From Dicyema japonicum (lineage: Eukaryota; Animalia; Dicyemida), in contig RDEW01000034.1 of NCBI GenBank assembly GCA_011109175.1, forward strand, positions 455,556-519,555: DNA of 64,000 nt, given 5' to 3'. Numbering within the stretch: the stretch's first letter is position 1; each line of letters begins with the position of its first letter. Below, piece by piece: positions 14,101 to 27,600 of the stretch. The notes under the pieces were generated by a model that worked only from the letters and a program-made list of their open reading frames with translations, was not told where the DNA came from and did no database searches. The translations under genes and the position numbers were made by a program.

Positions 14101-14189
14101 TACATCTTGGTAAGTGAACTATTTTTTCATTGCACTAGAAATTCGGCCCAGTTTTGTTTTTTGGAGAAATTTCGTCTTTCGTTGATCTT

Positions 14190-14289
14190 AATGGTTGAAT
14201 ATTAAATGTGTACTTTTTATTGTTAAATAAAGTGGGGTTAAATTATAAAATTGTATATTTTGTAATAATAATTTAAATATATTAATAAG
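14190..14289 (+). promoter_or_regulatory. AT-rich upstream segment, putative core promoter
   Basis: Nearly GC-free 60-100 nt before the ATG; similar tracts precede RPS9 (27960-28041), UBA1 (45200-45313) and KRI1 (11975-12030). Confidence 0.35.
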
Positions 14290-16215
14290 ATGGTGCTTGA
14301 ACGAGAGTTGGGATTAGTGAATGGAGTATCCGGTCCTGTAGTAATAGCTACAAATATGAAAGGGGCTGCAATGTATGAATTGGTGAGAGTGGGACATGGT
14401 AAGTTAGTGGGAGAAATAATAAGATTGGATGGAGATACAGCGACAATTCAAGTATATGAAGAGACAGGTATAAATAAAAAGTGAATAAAAGCTGGTTTGA
14501 CGAGAAATGACCCAGTGTTCTGTACAGGGAAGCCTCTAAGTGTAGAACTTGGTCCAGGAATAATAGGAAGTATATATGATGGAATTCAAAGACCATTAAA
14601 AGCAATATCGGACATAACGAAAGATATATACATACCACGTGGAGTGACAGTGAATGCATTGGAGGTAGTGAAGAGTGGGAATACATTCCAAGGAATATTA
14701 AAGTTGGTGATCTTGTGTGTGGTGGAGATATAATTGGTGAAGTGAATGAGAGCAGTTTAGTAAAGCACAGGGTGATGCTTCCTCCAAATGCGCAAGGAAG
14801 GGTAACATATGTGTGTGAATATGGGAATTACAGAATATGTGATTCAGTAATAGAAATAGAGTTTGGGGATAGAAAGAAGGAGTACAGTATGGTTCAGACG
14901 TGGCCTGTTCGTCAACCAAGACCAGTTAGTGATAAATTGGATGCTAATTATCCTCTGTTTACTGGTCAAAGAGTATTGGATGCACTATTCCCTTGTGTAC
15001 AGGGTGGAACTACTGCTATACCTGGTGCCTTTGGATGTGGAAAGACTGTTATATCTCAATCCTTGTCAAAATACTCAAACTCTGATGTTATTGTGTATGT
15101 TGGATGTGGTGAACGGGGTAATGAAATGTCAGAAGTACTAAGAGACTTCCCTGAATTGACTATTGAAGTTGATGGGAAGGCTGAATCCATTATGAGACGT
15201 ACTCTATTAGTGGCCAATACATCAAATATGCCTGTTGCTGCCAGAGAGGCGTCTATTTACACTGGTTGTATTAATAATTATATTTTTGGGCATCACTCTC
15301 GCTGAGTACTTTAGAGATATGGGATACAATGTCGCCATGATGGCTGATTCTACTTCTAGATGGGCTGAGGCTCTTAGAGAAATTTCTGGAAGATTAGCTG
15401 AAATGCCTGCTGACTCGGGATATCCCGCATATCTAGGATCACGTTTAGCTTCATTCTATGAAAGAGCCGGACGAGCCAGATGTATTGGATCTCCTCAAAG
15501 AGTTGGTTCTGTTAGCATTGTCGGGGCGTTTGTATTTGTTTAACTGTAGTGTATCTCCCCCTGGTGGTGATTTTGCTGACCCAGTTACCACTGCTACTTT
15601 AGGAATAGTACAAGTTTTCTGGGGATTGGACAAACCATTGGCTCAAAGAAAACACTTTCCAGCCATTAATTGGTTGAATAGCTACAGCAAGTACATTCTC
15701 ATTCTCGAAGAGTTTTATGAAATCAATTACCCAGAGTTTGTTGCTCTCAGGAATAAGACTAAAATGATACTACAAAATGAGGAGGATCTCACTGAGGTTG
15801 TTCAGTTGGTTGGTAAGGTTATTTCCTTCTCCATTCTTTTTAGAGCTCTTTGGCTGAGTTTTGATAAACTCACTATGGAACTTGCTAAGATTATTAAGGA
15901 AGACTTTTTACAACAAAATAGTTATTCTGCCTATGACCGATTCTGTCCCTTCTTCAAAACTGTTGCAATGCTAAAGAATATTATACTTCTCTACGATTTG
16001 GCCTCTAAGGCTATTCTTACACAAAAGATTACTTGGAATAATATCAGAGATTCTCTTAATAGGGATGACATCATTGTCGATATCTCCAATTCTAAATTTA
16101 AGGTTATTTCTCTTTTTTATTATTGAATCCTTCCGAATTGACTGAATACCAAATTAAGACAGAATTGGATCAACTATCTGACAGAATTATTAACTGCTTT
16201 AACAATATCGACTAA
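14290..16215 (+). CDS. ATP6V1A: V-type H+-ATPase catalytic subunit A, about 601 aa; introns 14468-14491, 15265-15289, 15528-15549, 15818-15843, 16103-16125; frame breaks near 14665 and 15860
   Basis: [18 protein letters not shown]-loop [40 protein letters not shown]. Confidence 0.97.
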
Positions 16216-16773
16216 TATTTGTGGTCATTGGTTATTAATATTTTGTGGTTTAATTTTCTCCTTACAGTTTAATTCTAACTATACTTTTTCTTACACATTT
16301 TTGTTGGGAGACATATTCTCAACACATGTTCCACTCCTAGAATGGAACGATTGTTTATCCATCCGATCGCTTTCCGTCTCTCAATTCTCCCACACTTCTT
16401 TTGCAAGAGAGGGTGTTATGTCCGTAAATATCAACCAACGATGAGCCCGGCATCCAGACGGATAAAGATCCCGATACGGAGTGTCTTGTGCGTCCCAATG
16501 TTTCCAATCGGGAAAGCATCAATCCTTTACACCTCCCAGCGATCAGACAGTCGATGTTGATTCATATTTTTGAATAGTTTTTTTTAAATTTATCTTCACA
16601 TATAGTCTTTTCGTTTCATCTTGGTTTCCGATTTCTCGTCAATTCTTGCTGCTAAGCTTCTCTATACTCCGTTTCAATTGTAGACGATTCATAGGGAAAT
16701 TAAGAATCATCTTGACCAACGGTTGGTTGAAGTATAGAGAGAAATATGGGGCGTGCTATAAATGTCGGGGAAT

Positions 16774-17105
16774 TATTTATTTATTAACCCTGGATACACC
16801 GAGAAAGAAGTTAAAGTAAACAAATGATTAAATGTATCGAGTTTCCACTTCTACAGAAACAGAGTCCATCCGGAATCAACATAAAGGTAAGACGTTCATT
16901 ACATGCAGTTGTGGAAACCCCTCCAGTGGAGTGGGGAGAGCAAATGATCCTTTTTCGTGCTACATGTGGATCACTTGACGGCGCCACCTAGACAGGTGGA
17001 TCACATGACGCCACTCTAATAGGAAGAGAGAGGAGGAACAGATAAGCAAGCAGAAAACTTTAATTAATTTACCATGCAGCACCACATGGCGCCATCCGGC
17101 TAATC
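16774..17105 (-). mobile_element. SINE-like element family A, 332 bp
   Basis: 12-bp direct repeat ATGTCGGGGAAT at 16762-16773 and 17106-17117; (TAAA)n tail; inverted near-identical copy at 29555-29869. Confidence 0.85.
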
Positions 17106-17119
17106 ATGTCGGGGAATAA

Positions 17120-17900
17120 ATGCCAAAACCTACGAAGCGGACGGGTAGGATTGCCTTGAGTAGGTTAGACGGTCGATAGTAGAACACAATAGCGAATTCA
17201 TCGATTCTAGCTGTTGTATTCTCAGGAAACAAAGTACATCACCAAATACGTGGTTCAGCTTAGATGTTGTCAGGGCATCTTCAGAATACAGACGTATGTG
17301 AGTCAAGCATTTCCAGCAGTGTGAAAGTTGGCTTTAACTGTTGTTTTCTTGTTATAAGAGCATCGTCGAATCTTCTCTTTGTTAGGGGTCCAAATATTTT
17401 TAGCTGGTTGGCTGGGGTCTCATGGCCATAGGAATTATTTCATATATTATCGATTTCCATTCTGGGAATGGGCATGCGAAATTACTAATTTTGCAGAGTT
17501 GTGCATTAGTCCTAGGTCTTCGAGTTGGGATATTAGTCTTCTTAGACTATCCAGTACACTATTCGATTGTCTTCCCGTGGTGTAGTTGTCCAAGTACCAC
17601 ACGTTTAATGGTGTATAAACACATCTTGTTACACAGCCGATTCTAAGGCTTAACAGAGCAGTCTCCAAAGGCTCTCCTTGTTAGACTCCTGTAGACAGGG
17701 AATGAGACTTAATTTTTTCCGTAGGAGGAGTATACCTAGCGTGAAGCAATCCTCCAAGATTACATTACAAAGTAAGGTTTAAACGCATTTTTGATGTCGA
17801 TGTTGAGGATAATATACGAGATACTCTTGTAGTGTGCAAAAGTCCGTATACCAGTGAATTGCTGCTTCACAACCTCCAGGAGCTGATGAGAACTATCCTG
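17120..17900 (-). mobile_element. Degenerate LINE RT C-terminal region
   Basis: KISNFACPF resembles the LxYACPxW motif; multiple stops. Confidence 0.4.
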
Positions 17901-18555
17901 AAAGCTAATTTTGACGCTAAGAGACGAAAAGAGAAACCCACCGCAATGGGTCGAACTCCTCCTTTTTTCCGAAAGTCAATATTTTGGCAGATTACATGAT
18001 GTGGAGAATCGATTCTAGGAGTTCCCGGAGAGCATTCTGTTCATTAGTTTGGTGGTTCTTTGAAGAGTAACAAAGGAATTATTAGTTATGCTGAGGATAT
18101 AATAGCGGCTTTCCACGTGGAGGGCTGTGATTTGTCTTTGTATTTCCAGTTTACTAAGAATTGACTGTTAAAGATGGACCCCAATGATGACTCCATGGCC
18201 TTCGAAAAGGATCCATGTTATTTCAACGTTCCCTTATCTTTAAAGAGAAATAAAAAGTAATAATTAAATGCTAAATTCTACCACTTTCGGCCTTACACAA
18301 ATATGAGAATTGGCCAATTTTATAGACTTTTTTATTTGAGAGTCACAAGGAAGGTTTTTAACTCAGATATTCTAAGAAAATGAAATAGATGGATTGTGAA
18401 TCTTCTCAGTTGTGAATGGTCGTATCTTTGTGAAATTCATAGTGAAATGTCTATTAAAAAATATTTGCCTGGTAAAGTGATAAGGAGAGTGTTTAATGTT
18501 GTCTGTTTAATTGTATAAAGTGTAAAACTAAGATGTGTTAATTAAAAGTCCAAGA

Positions 18556-20274
18556 TTATTCTAGTAGAGAGATATAACTTCCTGGAACATATCCCTCAGT
18601 ATTGTCATCCTTTCTGACGTAGCACCAATCATGTTCATTGTGTTCTCCAATAATATAAACAATTTCGTTTTCATTGATGGAAATGTCATTATTTCCTAGT
18701 GCCTGTAGTGAATATAAATAATAAACATTGTATTGGTATAGTACTTGAGCCTTCATTATTGTAATCTATATAGAATATATAATGAATACATCATCGGAAA
18801 TCTATAATATATTAAAGTGATACCAAATCTTGACTTGTTGTTGAGTAAATATTACAAAATTCCTATATTTAATATATTCAATACTTCTTCCAAGTAATTT
18901 TGTGATTGATTAACACTATCCTCTACAATATTAATAAATAAATACCATCACATTCAAGTAATTTTAACACACTCTTTGCGATCTCTGTTCTAATCTTAAA
19001 CAAGTCACAAAGACTTACCCTAGCCTTTTGCATTAAAATTTTCATTGAACAAGTCATTTTTTTCTTAAATTAACTTAAAAATATACATCATCCACCAATT
19101 TATTACCCATTGTCTCCAATTGTAATAACTTTCCTTTACTCTGAGTGTGCACTGCAAGCCATCTCTCTTTGAGTTCGTTGATGTGTGATTCTGTGCCTTC
19201 CTGTTTGTCAATTTCCAGTGAATCTGTGGGATTATATTGCTGTATTTGTCCATTCATATATTTGTGAACGAATGTCTGAGCCTTACTGTAAATATCCAAC
19301 TTTAATTTTTAATTATAAATACATTTTTAAATTTATATATTAAATTATTAATTGTTTTTATATTGTTTTCAAAACTATTCTTAATAGATTCTGGGAATTC
19401 CATTATCTTTTCACATACAACTAAATCCTCTTCAAACATAAACTAACAATTATAATATCACTACATTTAATGTCTCAATAAGACTATCCTTATAACAGTC
19501 AATATGACTATTTAGGGCCTTCTTGTTACATATGTACTCATTTTTAGCATTACAGACTGCCATTTGAGAATCCTGGGCCTCTTTTACTCGCTTTTATTAT
19601 TACTTTTAATACCTTTAATTGTTGCCTCGCCTTCTTTCCCACTGTCAGAGTACCCTCTATTCCAGACATTCTATTATTATTATTATACAACTTGTCCATT
19701 TTATTCACTTTATGCTCCCTCTTCTTATTCAACATGTTGTGATTCTTTTCATTAGTTGTTACATGCTTCATTGCCAATCGTAAGTCTCTGTGTTGTTCAT
19801 TCAGACATGTTAGATACTATCTATTACTATCATTTACCTCTTTTCTGTTTTCCATATGTGATTTACTAATTGTCTTCAATTCCTCTTTATTTGTGTATGT
19901 AATTCTATCATTTTTTGACCATCACATAACATTTCATTCACTCCCTCAATAATATCATTGGTGATTGTTGACAAATAACTTTATTCAATATACTTTATAC
20001 GTGCCACTTTCAAAATCATTCATCTTTTTTGATAATTTTATAGTATTCTCTATTAATTCCTAATTTTATTATAATCATCACCTTCATTGTGCTTTTCCAT
20101 AAATTTGAACAATTTGTTATATAATTCCTTTTTATACTAATCACATTACCTTAAATGCCCCATCAAGGATATTGACATTTGAAATTCTGTATCACTTGTC
20201 TTCTCCACTTGCTCAAATATAATATGCGCTTTCTTCATATTTTTATCCTACATAATTCTAACCAATACATTCAT
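18556..20274 (-). CDS. F-BAR (FCH) + C-terminal SH3 protein with at least 11 introns of 21-24 nt; start approximate
   Basis: SH3: KAQVLYQYNALGNNDISINENE...DWCYVR...EGYVPGSYI; F-BAR-like CNAKNEYICNKKALN; introns at 18703-18726, 18766-18789, 18802-18823, 18834-18855, 18923-18945, 19064-19086, 19300-19322, 19443-19464, 19591-19612, 19815-19835. Confidence 0.7.
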
Positions 20275-20739
20275 TATATGCTAATTTATTTATTTTATTT
20301 ATAATATTTAATTATTTATTATTTTTTATTTATATAATTATTTTTACAAATTATTATTTTATTCCCTCATTACTGCACTTTTTGTATTTTTTGTTAGTTT
20401 CCAATCATAGGCGCTTGCTAGGCAAATCCATATGAATACGGAAACAATCTATTTTATATGCTAATGTATGTAAATTAAGGTTTAATTGTTTTCAGTCAAG
20501 ATTATATGTGAGAGGTTCATACAAAGCATCAAATCTATTCGAAATGTCATTACTATTGAAAAACAGAGAATACGTTATTCATAAGTACAAAATATACTTA
20601 AATGTAACCTCTATAGTGCTATTCCTTATTGATTTTAATTATTATGAAGATTACATTGAGTGACTCGTAATCACAGTCATTCCCTCATTTAAGACTGGAC
20701 TTGTGTGCTACTAAAAGGTAGTTAGTGGATGTTAGAGTC

Positions 20740-21000
20740 ACAATAGAGACAATACAAGGGGGCACAATTACGTCGTGAATGCATTTGTGCAGAGTGTATG
20801 GTTAAAGAGATTGTATTCAGTGTTAATCTTGTTGGGCACTTCAATAATGACAGAATCATTGAATCAGTACAATATACTTGATATTTGTATATGACAAAAT
20901 GAAGAGTGAGGTTGTAATCATTGAATTTGATATCACTTCCTAGGAATTACTAAAACTCATAAAGTAATGACTGGAGAACTAAAGCTAATACTTTAACGTG
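20740..21000 (+). mobile_element. R4/Dong-like RLE remnant
   Basis: QYNILDI-VYDKMKSEVVIIEFDITS parallels QYNKPDIFVYDKIRKEITLIEVGITS. Confidence 0.6.
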
Positions 21001-21399
21001 GAATAATTTCCAATGTTATAAAATATGGGAGTTGTTTCAATTGTGATTTCTGTTTTCACAATAATTATGTTTTATTAAGGAACCCAATTTGATAGTAAGA
21101 AAATACATTGACAATTGCTAGGATAAAAAACTGTAGGAATAATGCCTGAACCGTTGAATTAAGACATCAATTTATCACCCTTTTTTGGATTTTTTGTACT
21201 CTGTTGACAGAATTGAGAGACAGACATTGACAAACAAGGGCTTACTTGGTTAATTGCTGTTTAAATGAATATTTTATACATTCCTGTTCGAATGCCTTCT
21301 TTGGCCCAAAGAATAATTTTTCAGTATGCTAATTTTTTGTGGTTTATTCTCCGTTTGTTTCTAGAAGGATAGTAGTTAACTGAATTTAACTCCATGTTT

Positions 21400-22100
21400 C
21401 GTGACGGAAAGTCTTTTTCTAAAAATAGTGATTATTGGGAGGAAATTTAGTTGATGACAATCGGTCTCTTATACGGTATCCCCTCATCGGGTGTTGTTCC
21501 AATACAATAATGCTGCACTAAGGAACACGTTGAACAGTTTTGTAAATAACGGGGATACTTGTGGTAATCCATCTGAAAAGTGGTTGATATTACATTCCCC
21601 AGTATATAATATTAAAAAAACCAACCGTGAGTTTTGGGTAAAATAGAGTCGTAGGGTTTTCTTCGATAATCAAATATTTTGTTTTTATTAACTAAGACCT
21701 AATCAGTTTTTTTAATATTTAGTCCGTCGGGAATGAAGTGGGCTACATTGTCCGTGATAAGTGACAATGTTTCTTAGAGTATGAGTTAACACTTGTGGAA
21801 TTCTCATGATGATTGGATCGATAAGATAATCTGAATCTATTAGCTTAGTGTCTTATGGTTCACCTGAAAGGAAACAAAAAGAGTCATTATCTTTTCCCCA
21901 TCGCATTAGATCATCACTTGTAATGGTTCCCTCAATCAATGTGCTTCCGATTCCGTATGGTGTCATCATTGTTCTTATTAATTCTCGTATGTGCTGACAT
22001 CGAAACCCTGGCCCACATGGAGACTTATTACAACTAAATAGAATTAGAAAAAACCAAATTGACCTCGCTATAAAGGAATCTAAGTTCTCATCCATCACGC
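21400..22100 (-). mobile_element. Degenerate LINE RT
   Basis: DGLPQVSPLFTKLFNVFL (GxPQGSxLSP motif) and KSPCGPG (KxPGPD motif). Confidence 0.55.
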
Positions 22101-23420
22101 CAACACCTTCTATCCCGGATACATAATAATCCGTAAAAAATCATCAGATAGGCCATGGTGGTGACCTACTCACTATTTGTAAAGAACGATATATAATTCC
22201 ACGAACCTCAAAGATTTAGATCTTGACTACTATGGAGCAGACTACAATCAAACTCAACTGTTTCCATCCTTTGGATTACATTGGTCAACTTTTACATTCC
22301 TCCACAAGGATCCTGTCCAACGTCTTACAATCTATTCCATCTAAAACAATGAAGAACTTACTAATAAGCGGAAACTTCAATGCGAGGGTTGTTTTGATTT
22401 TCTTCATAGTCCTCTGACAACAGAGGCGAGCTCAAGTTCTTGCTGATGTGATTGACTTGAATGACCATAATTTGAAAACAAAAACCAAATTAAGGAGTAT
22501 TTATAACTGCACATCTCCCGATCTAACCTTATGTTTCCTTTCTTTAGCAGGACTTGCTTCATGGAATGTGTATTGTCGTTTCTCAAACGAGCACAATCCT
22601 ATTCTTCTTTAGAGGATTTCGACGATGGCGGACACACTGAAGTCAAGAGATTCAAGAACTATTGAAAGGAGATTGGTTTAACTAATTTCGTTTGATAAAG
22701 AATTGCCAGAGACGAGGACACGAAAATGACCAATGCAGCCATTCAAAATGCAAACAATGTATTCCTCTCTCATCATATACAAATTTATACACTCAACACT
22801 TACCCTCAAAGGAATAAACCTTATGAAAAGATGTCATCCTATGGACTTAGGTCTATGAAAACCATCAGACAATTAAAAAATCAGTTTTAGTTATCAGAAA
22901 ACCAGGATCACCGAGTCAATCGCCTCAACAAGAAAAGTTCATTAATTCTGAAAACACTAAAACAAGTTAAATCTGAGGTGGAAGATGCAAACAGAAGCAG
23001 AAAGCCTTCTCCAGAATACACGTGTCATATACACCCTAACTTATGCTGTGATCAGTTTCAAAACATTAGCACTTGGACAGTACCTATTTTCAGATAAGCA
23101 AAAGATCACGATTACTACCAAACGGAATGCCCCAGGGTTCTCCGACACTTTTCAACATATTCCTTCACGAGTTAACGACGGGTTTCGGACACAAAATCGA
23201 TATAAACTTTATTCACTTCAGACCTTCGTTCTAAAAAAATGACCGGGAATTTTTATCAAGTTTGTTCATAAAAATTTTCAATTCTTGGAGTAACGTACGA
23301 CAGACTGTAGAATTTCAACTCCCATGTGAAACAAATCTTTACCAAAGGCTTCCTAAAGTTGAACCTTGTGCATGCAATTGTTCAGAGGACTTTTTAAATT
23401 TATGATTATATTGTAACACT
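22100..23420 (+). mobile_element. Degenerate APE-RT LINE, Ingi/Vingi-like family
   Basis: HGGDLL, LISGNFNAR, ILGVTYDRL*NFNSHVKQI. Confidence 0.55.
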
Positions 23421-24669
23421 ACAAGCACCCATCTGTAGAGTATTCCTCTGTTGTGTGGAGATTATTGCTTTCGGAGACTATTCTCCACAGACTCATCTCA
23501 ATTTACTGAACAACCATTCTTATGTTGGCCCCTCAAACTGGACCATCAGTCACTCTCATACTAAGCTACAAACCGTAGTTGTGGATTTGGATTCTTCCAC
23601 TTTTGTGAGGAAGATGGAAACACACTTAACTTGTCAATATACAAAGCAAAATAAAATCAAAAGTTTTTATCTTTAATCGGATTCTTTTGCAGGAATAAAA
23701 GAAGGCTCTTTCGTACTGAAGTGTTGACAATGGATGGTGATGTTGATTGTGGGAACTGTGATCACCTAACTTTTTGACTTTATTTCTTTCCCAGTAATCC
23801 CGGAGTTCTAAATAAATAAGTCATATATAACATCCCATTACAATCGCAAGAGAAGGAGTGCCACAAAACATGTCCGGTGAGATAGGGGAGTCACCTCATC
23901 GGGAAGGGGTCCTTGTGTGTTCAATTGGATCATTAAGGATAATAAAATCGTTAAAACTGTCTAACATGAGAGCTCCTCGTTGATTCAGTTGTTTGGTAGC
24001 ATACATTTTTGCTTTTAGGTTACAGCTTATTAACGCATTTTCCATAGGAAACATCGGTGGAAGGTATGTTTACGATTGTCAATCGGAGAGACCATAGACG
24101 CAGTTTTTCGTGTAGATAGATTTTAAGGGGAAGGGGTCTGATAAGTTATCCAAAATATTCATGGACAAGATATGATTCTTGACAAGTGCGATGGGGCCTC
24201 CACCCTTCCATGTTTTCTATCCAGTCTGAAAGCTGAGTATACTGGGAGTATTAGTTAGTTATTTAGGTTAGTTAAGTAACCCCGGCCTCACTAACTTGTA
24301 AGAGGCCAGCAGCTACTAAATGGGACTCAGCAAATGTTGGTCGATCCCATAGATTGGTCAGTCCAGGCATTGTAGTTGAACGTTGTGCTAATTATGGGAA
24401 GATGTTGTTTGGATAACGTCTTTATCTCTCGAAAAGATAACCAGGAAATATTTTAAGAGAAAGCGTTGTAGTTATGTAATTTTCGTCAGCATTCAATTAA
24501 TGTTCAATTATGGTAAGATCCGATCCAGGAATTCTCTCGACGTCCCTGCAGGAGATAAGCAAAATATGGCGACATCTCTATGTTTGCGTGATAGGGAGTT
24601 TGTAACTCTTTTTAACACTTAAAGTGGGCAATACCACCACGTGTGTGAGTCATGTGGCATTGTCTAACA

Positions 24670-27600
24670 TTTACTTATTATTTATTATTAAAAAGCACTC
24701 CTGAGAAAACATAAATTAGTTAAGTTTCCCTTGTGCCGTATTCCTAATCATCCTCTCCGTCAGCCTCAACCATGATCTTCTGTTGCGCACTAGTTCTCTT
24801 AGGTAGTCCAGATCGTCCGCCGAAGTTAGTCTCATACCAACCGCCAATAGGTCTTCAATAAAGATATTTGGAAGTGTCGTTCTTGTCCTTCCACGGAATC
24901 CGGCTCCTATTTGTGCGAAGTAGTTTTCCATTGCGACATTTGCGGAGATCTGGTCGTTTAAACGAAACACATGGCCAAAGAGGCTCCATCTTGATTTGAA
25001 AATATCATCTGACAGCACGCCAGATTTCCATTTATAAAAAATTGCATTAGAGATCATAGGCAATTTGATCTTATTGTCTATTTGAGCTGAACTCTTTGGA
25101 AAGAGTCAAGACGGTCTATTTCCTGTTTAGATATTTCTAAGTCCCAGAGTTGTAGGTTAGTACCGGAATGAATAAAGCTATTGTGGCTCCATTTTGACGA
25201 TGTTTTTTTCAGTGCACTCATAACAAGATCTTCCTACGAGTAACATCGTCAGAGTTTCCTGGAAGCGAACCAACATTCTTTTGCCTTCTCCATGACTCGA
25301 CTGATCTCCAATAATTACAAGTAAGCATTGTAAACTTCGTTTTACCGGGATTCATGGTTAAGAACCATTTCGAAAATATGTGTGGGAGTACGCTGAGCAT
25401 TGCTGAAGTGTTTGAGTATCCTCAGAAACAAAATCCAGATCGTCCGCATAAATTATTGTTGTTTCCATCAGGGCCCTGAACTCTCTTAGTGCAGCTTCAA
25501 GGTAAACAATGAAGAGGACTGTAAATAGGGAGTCCCTCTGTGGAACTCCACGTTTTTTTTTAAAGCCTTTTCACGAGAGCCATAGTATTTATAGCTCCGC
25601 ATAGGCAGGACACACTTTATTTAAGTAAAGAACAGTTAATTTTAACTAATCGTAGAACCAAGGAATGATCTTCACTTCTTTTTTTTCTTTTTTTTGTGTG
25701 AGTGTCCTTTCTAGACAATCCAGTTCCGCAGTGAGTATCCACTGATGACGGCGTCACTCGTCAAACCCTTTCTGCATCGTAGATGCGTGGAACCTTCCAC
25801 CAGGAGAACAGCAGCGAGATTCGAACCCGTAGCCTAAGCCACTTAAGCCCGACACCTAACCACTAAGCCACCCGGAACTCCACGTGAGGTCGGAAAAAAG
25901 TTGGAGGTATTTGCCAATTTTGACAGAAAGATAAGTGTTCTGCATGAGAAGGCGTATTATTTTAACGTCGTCTGGTTAAAGTAAGCTCTTCAGAACTTCC
26001 ATAAGTTTTCCTCGATGTACAGAATCGAATGCACAGAAGATATCATTGCCAAGTATTTCAATAGATTTTTTATACTTTTGGCATATAGCAAAATACCATC
26101 TGTGCCCCCACACTACATCGGCTGTAGACCTGCCTGTCCGAAATCCACTTTGGCTGGGGGATAGGAATTTGTTCACTTTGTTTTTTATCAGGTGTAATGC
26201 AATGAGAGAGCATGTTTTGCGTATGGAAGTTAGTAGAATTATTGGTCTAAGGTTTCAAAAAAGCCTTTAGCTTTCCCGGGTTTTAGTAGAGGTGCTAGCC
26301 ACCCTTTTTCTCATTTCCAACGCATTGTCTTCCTGGAAAGACCGATTGAAAACATTGGTGATCATTTTGGATGTTTTAAAAGTTCTTCTGGGATACTGTC
26401 TGACCCTGCAGATCTTCTGGTGTTCAGTTTTTTAATTGCATGAAGAGTTTCCGAAATGCTTAATGGGTGCAATAATGTGGATTTGTCAGGGTTCAATGGT
26501 TTCATTGTGTAGTTAATTTCGCTGTGTGAGTTGAATAGATGATCAAAATCCGAAGCTATTGTAGTAGCTTTGTTAACGTCTCCAATGACAGTACGGCCGA
26601 GGTTATCGTGGACAGAGATCGGAGCCGAACTCCTCCCTCTGTTAAGGAGGCGAATTGCATTGAACATCCTTGGTCCGTCTTTATATTTCGTTATTTCGGA
26701 CATTTGATTTTCTGCTTCACTTCTGGCTAGGAATTTTTGTATTTGTTTGATCTTTATTAGGGCTCTGCCTCTCTGGGTGCAGAGCTCGTTGATTTTTTCC
26801 GATGCACTTGTATTTTCGGATCGGAATCTGAGCTTTTTGTTGTATTACAGAAAGTCGTCTTATATCCGGACTGCTTTGTTTGTGACTGGGTTTGGGGGTG
26901 GGACCCAAAACACTAGAGACTGCTTTTTGTATAGCAACGATAATTTCCTCCCATACTTAATGGAGTTAATGCCATTCCTCATAGTTGTACTATATCTAAG
27001 ACTGATAGATTCTTCATAACGTAGCCTCTCCGTGTCGTACTGAGGCGATACCTTTGAGTTTTCCATGTATGCATGAATTCTGTACTAACTGAGCCACAAC
27101 AATTCTGTGATGGCTGCTAGTTTCAAGTCCGCCATATGATCTCGAATTTTGCATGAGTGCCTTCTGATGTGCTTGCAGAGAATATAGTGAATTTGGTTGT
27201 ATATTCGGATTGTGTTGCCTGATTTGTATTTTCTGGTGTCAACCCAAGTGGTCTAGTGTCTCTGCTGAGTGCTTAAACCAAGTAATGCATAAGAGTAGGT
27301 TGAACGCCGTGCAAAATTGTATCAGTTACTCTCCAGGAAGGTTGCGACGATTTCTTCGTGTGCTCCAATGCACGTTTCCCCTGGTTTAGCTTTTCCATCC
27401 CTGACGTTCCAGTCCCCGGCGACAAGAAGAATGTAAGAGGACGAAAGCGAGATGTATGCACTCGTGAGATGAGTAAAATGCGTCCAGCTCTTCGATATTT
27501 GTTGAGACTCGCGCTACGATTGTAGCATATACATTTATAATGGAAATGACTGAGTTGATTTTATTTCCGCATTTGATTTGCAACACTGCGACACGGTCAG

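Noticed and set aside
14348-14919. Antisense ORFs over host genes and LINEs (many in the track)
   Set aside because: Shadow frames with biased composition and no motifs
25742-25766. CTGATGA followed by a short stem (also at 2624 and 44423) as a hammerhead ribozyme core
   Set aside because: No properly placed GAAA after stem II and no closing stems I/III
25811-25873. Genuine tRNA gene (also 62449-62511 and 41700-41770)
   Set aside because: A and B boxes are present, but there is no acceptor or anticodon stem; context (TSD, poly-A) fits a SINE head
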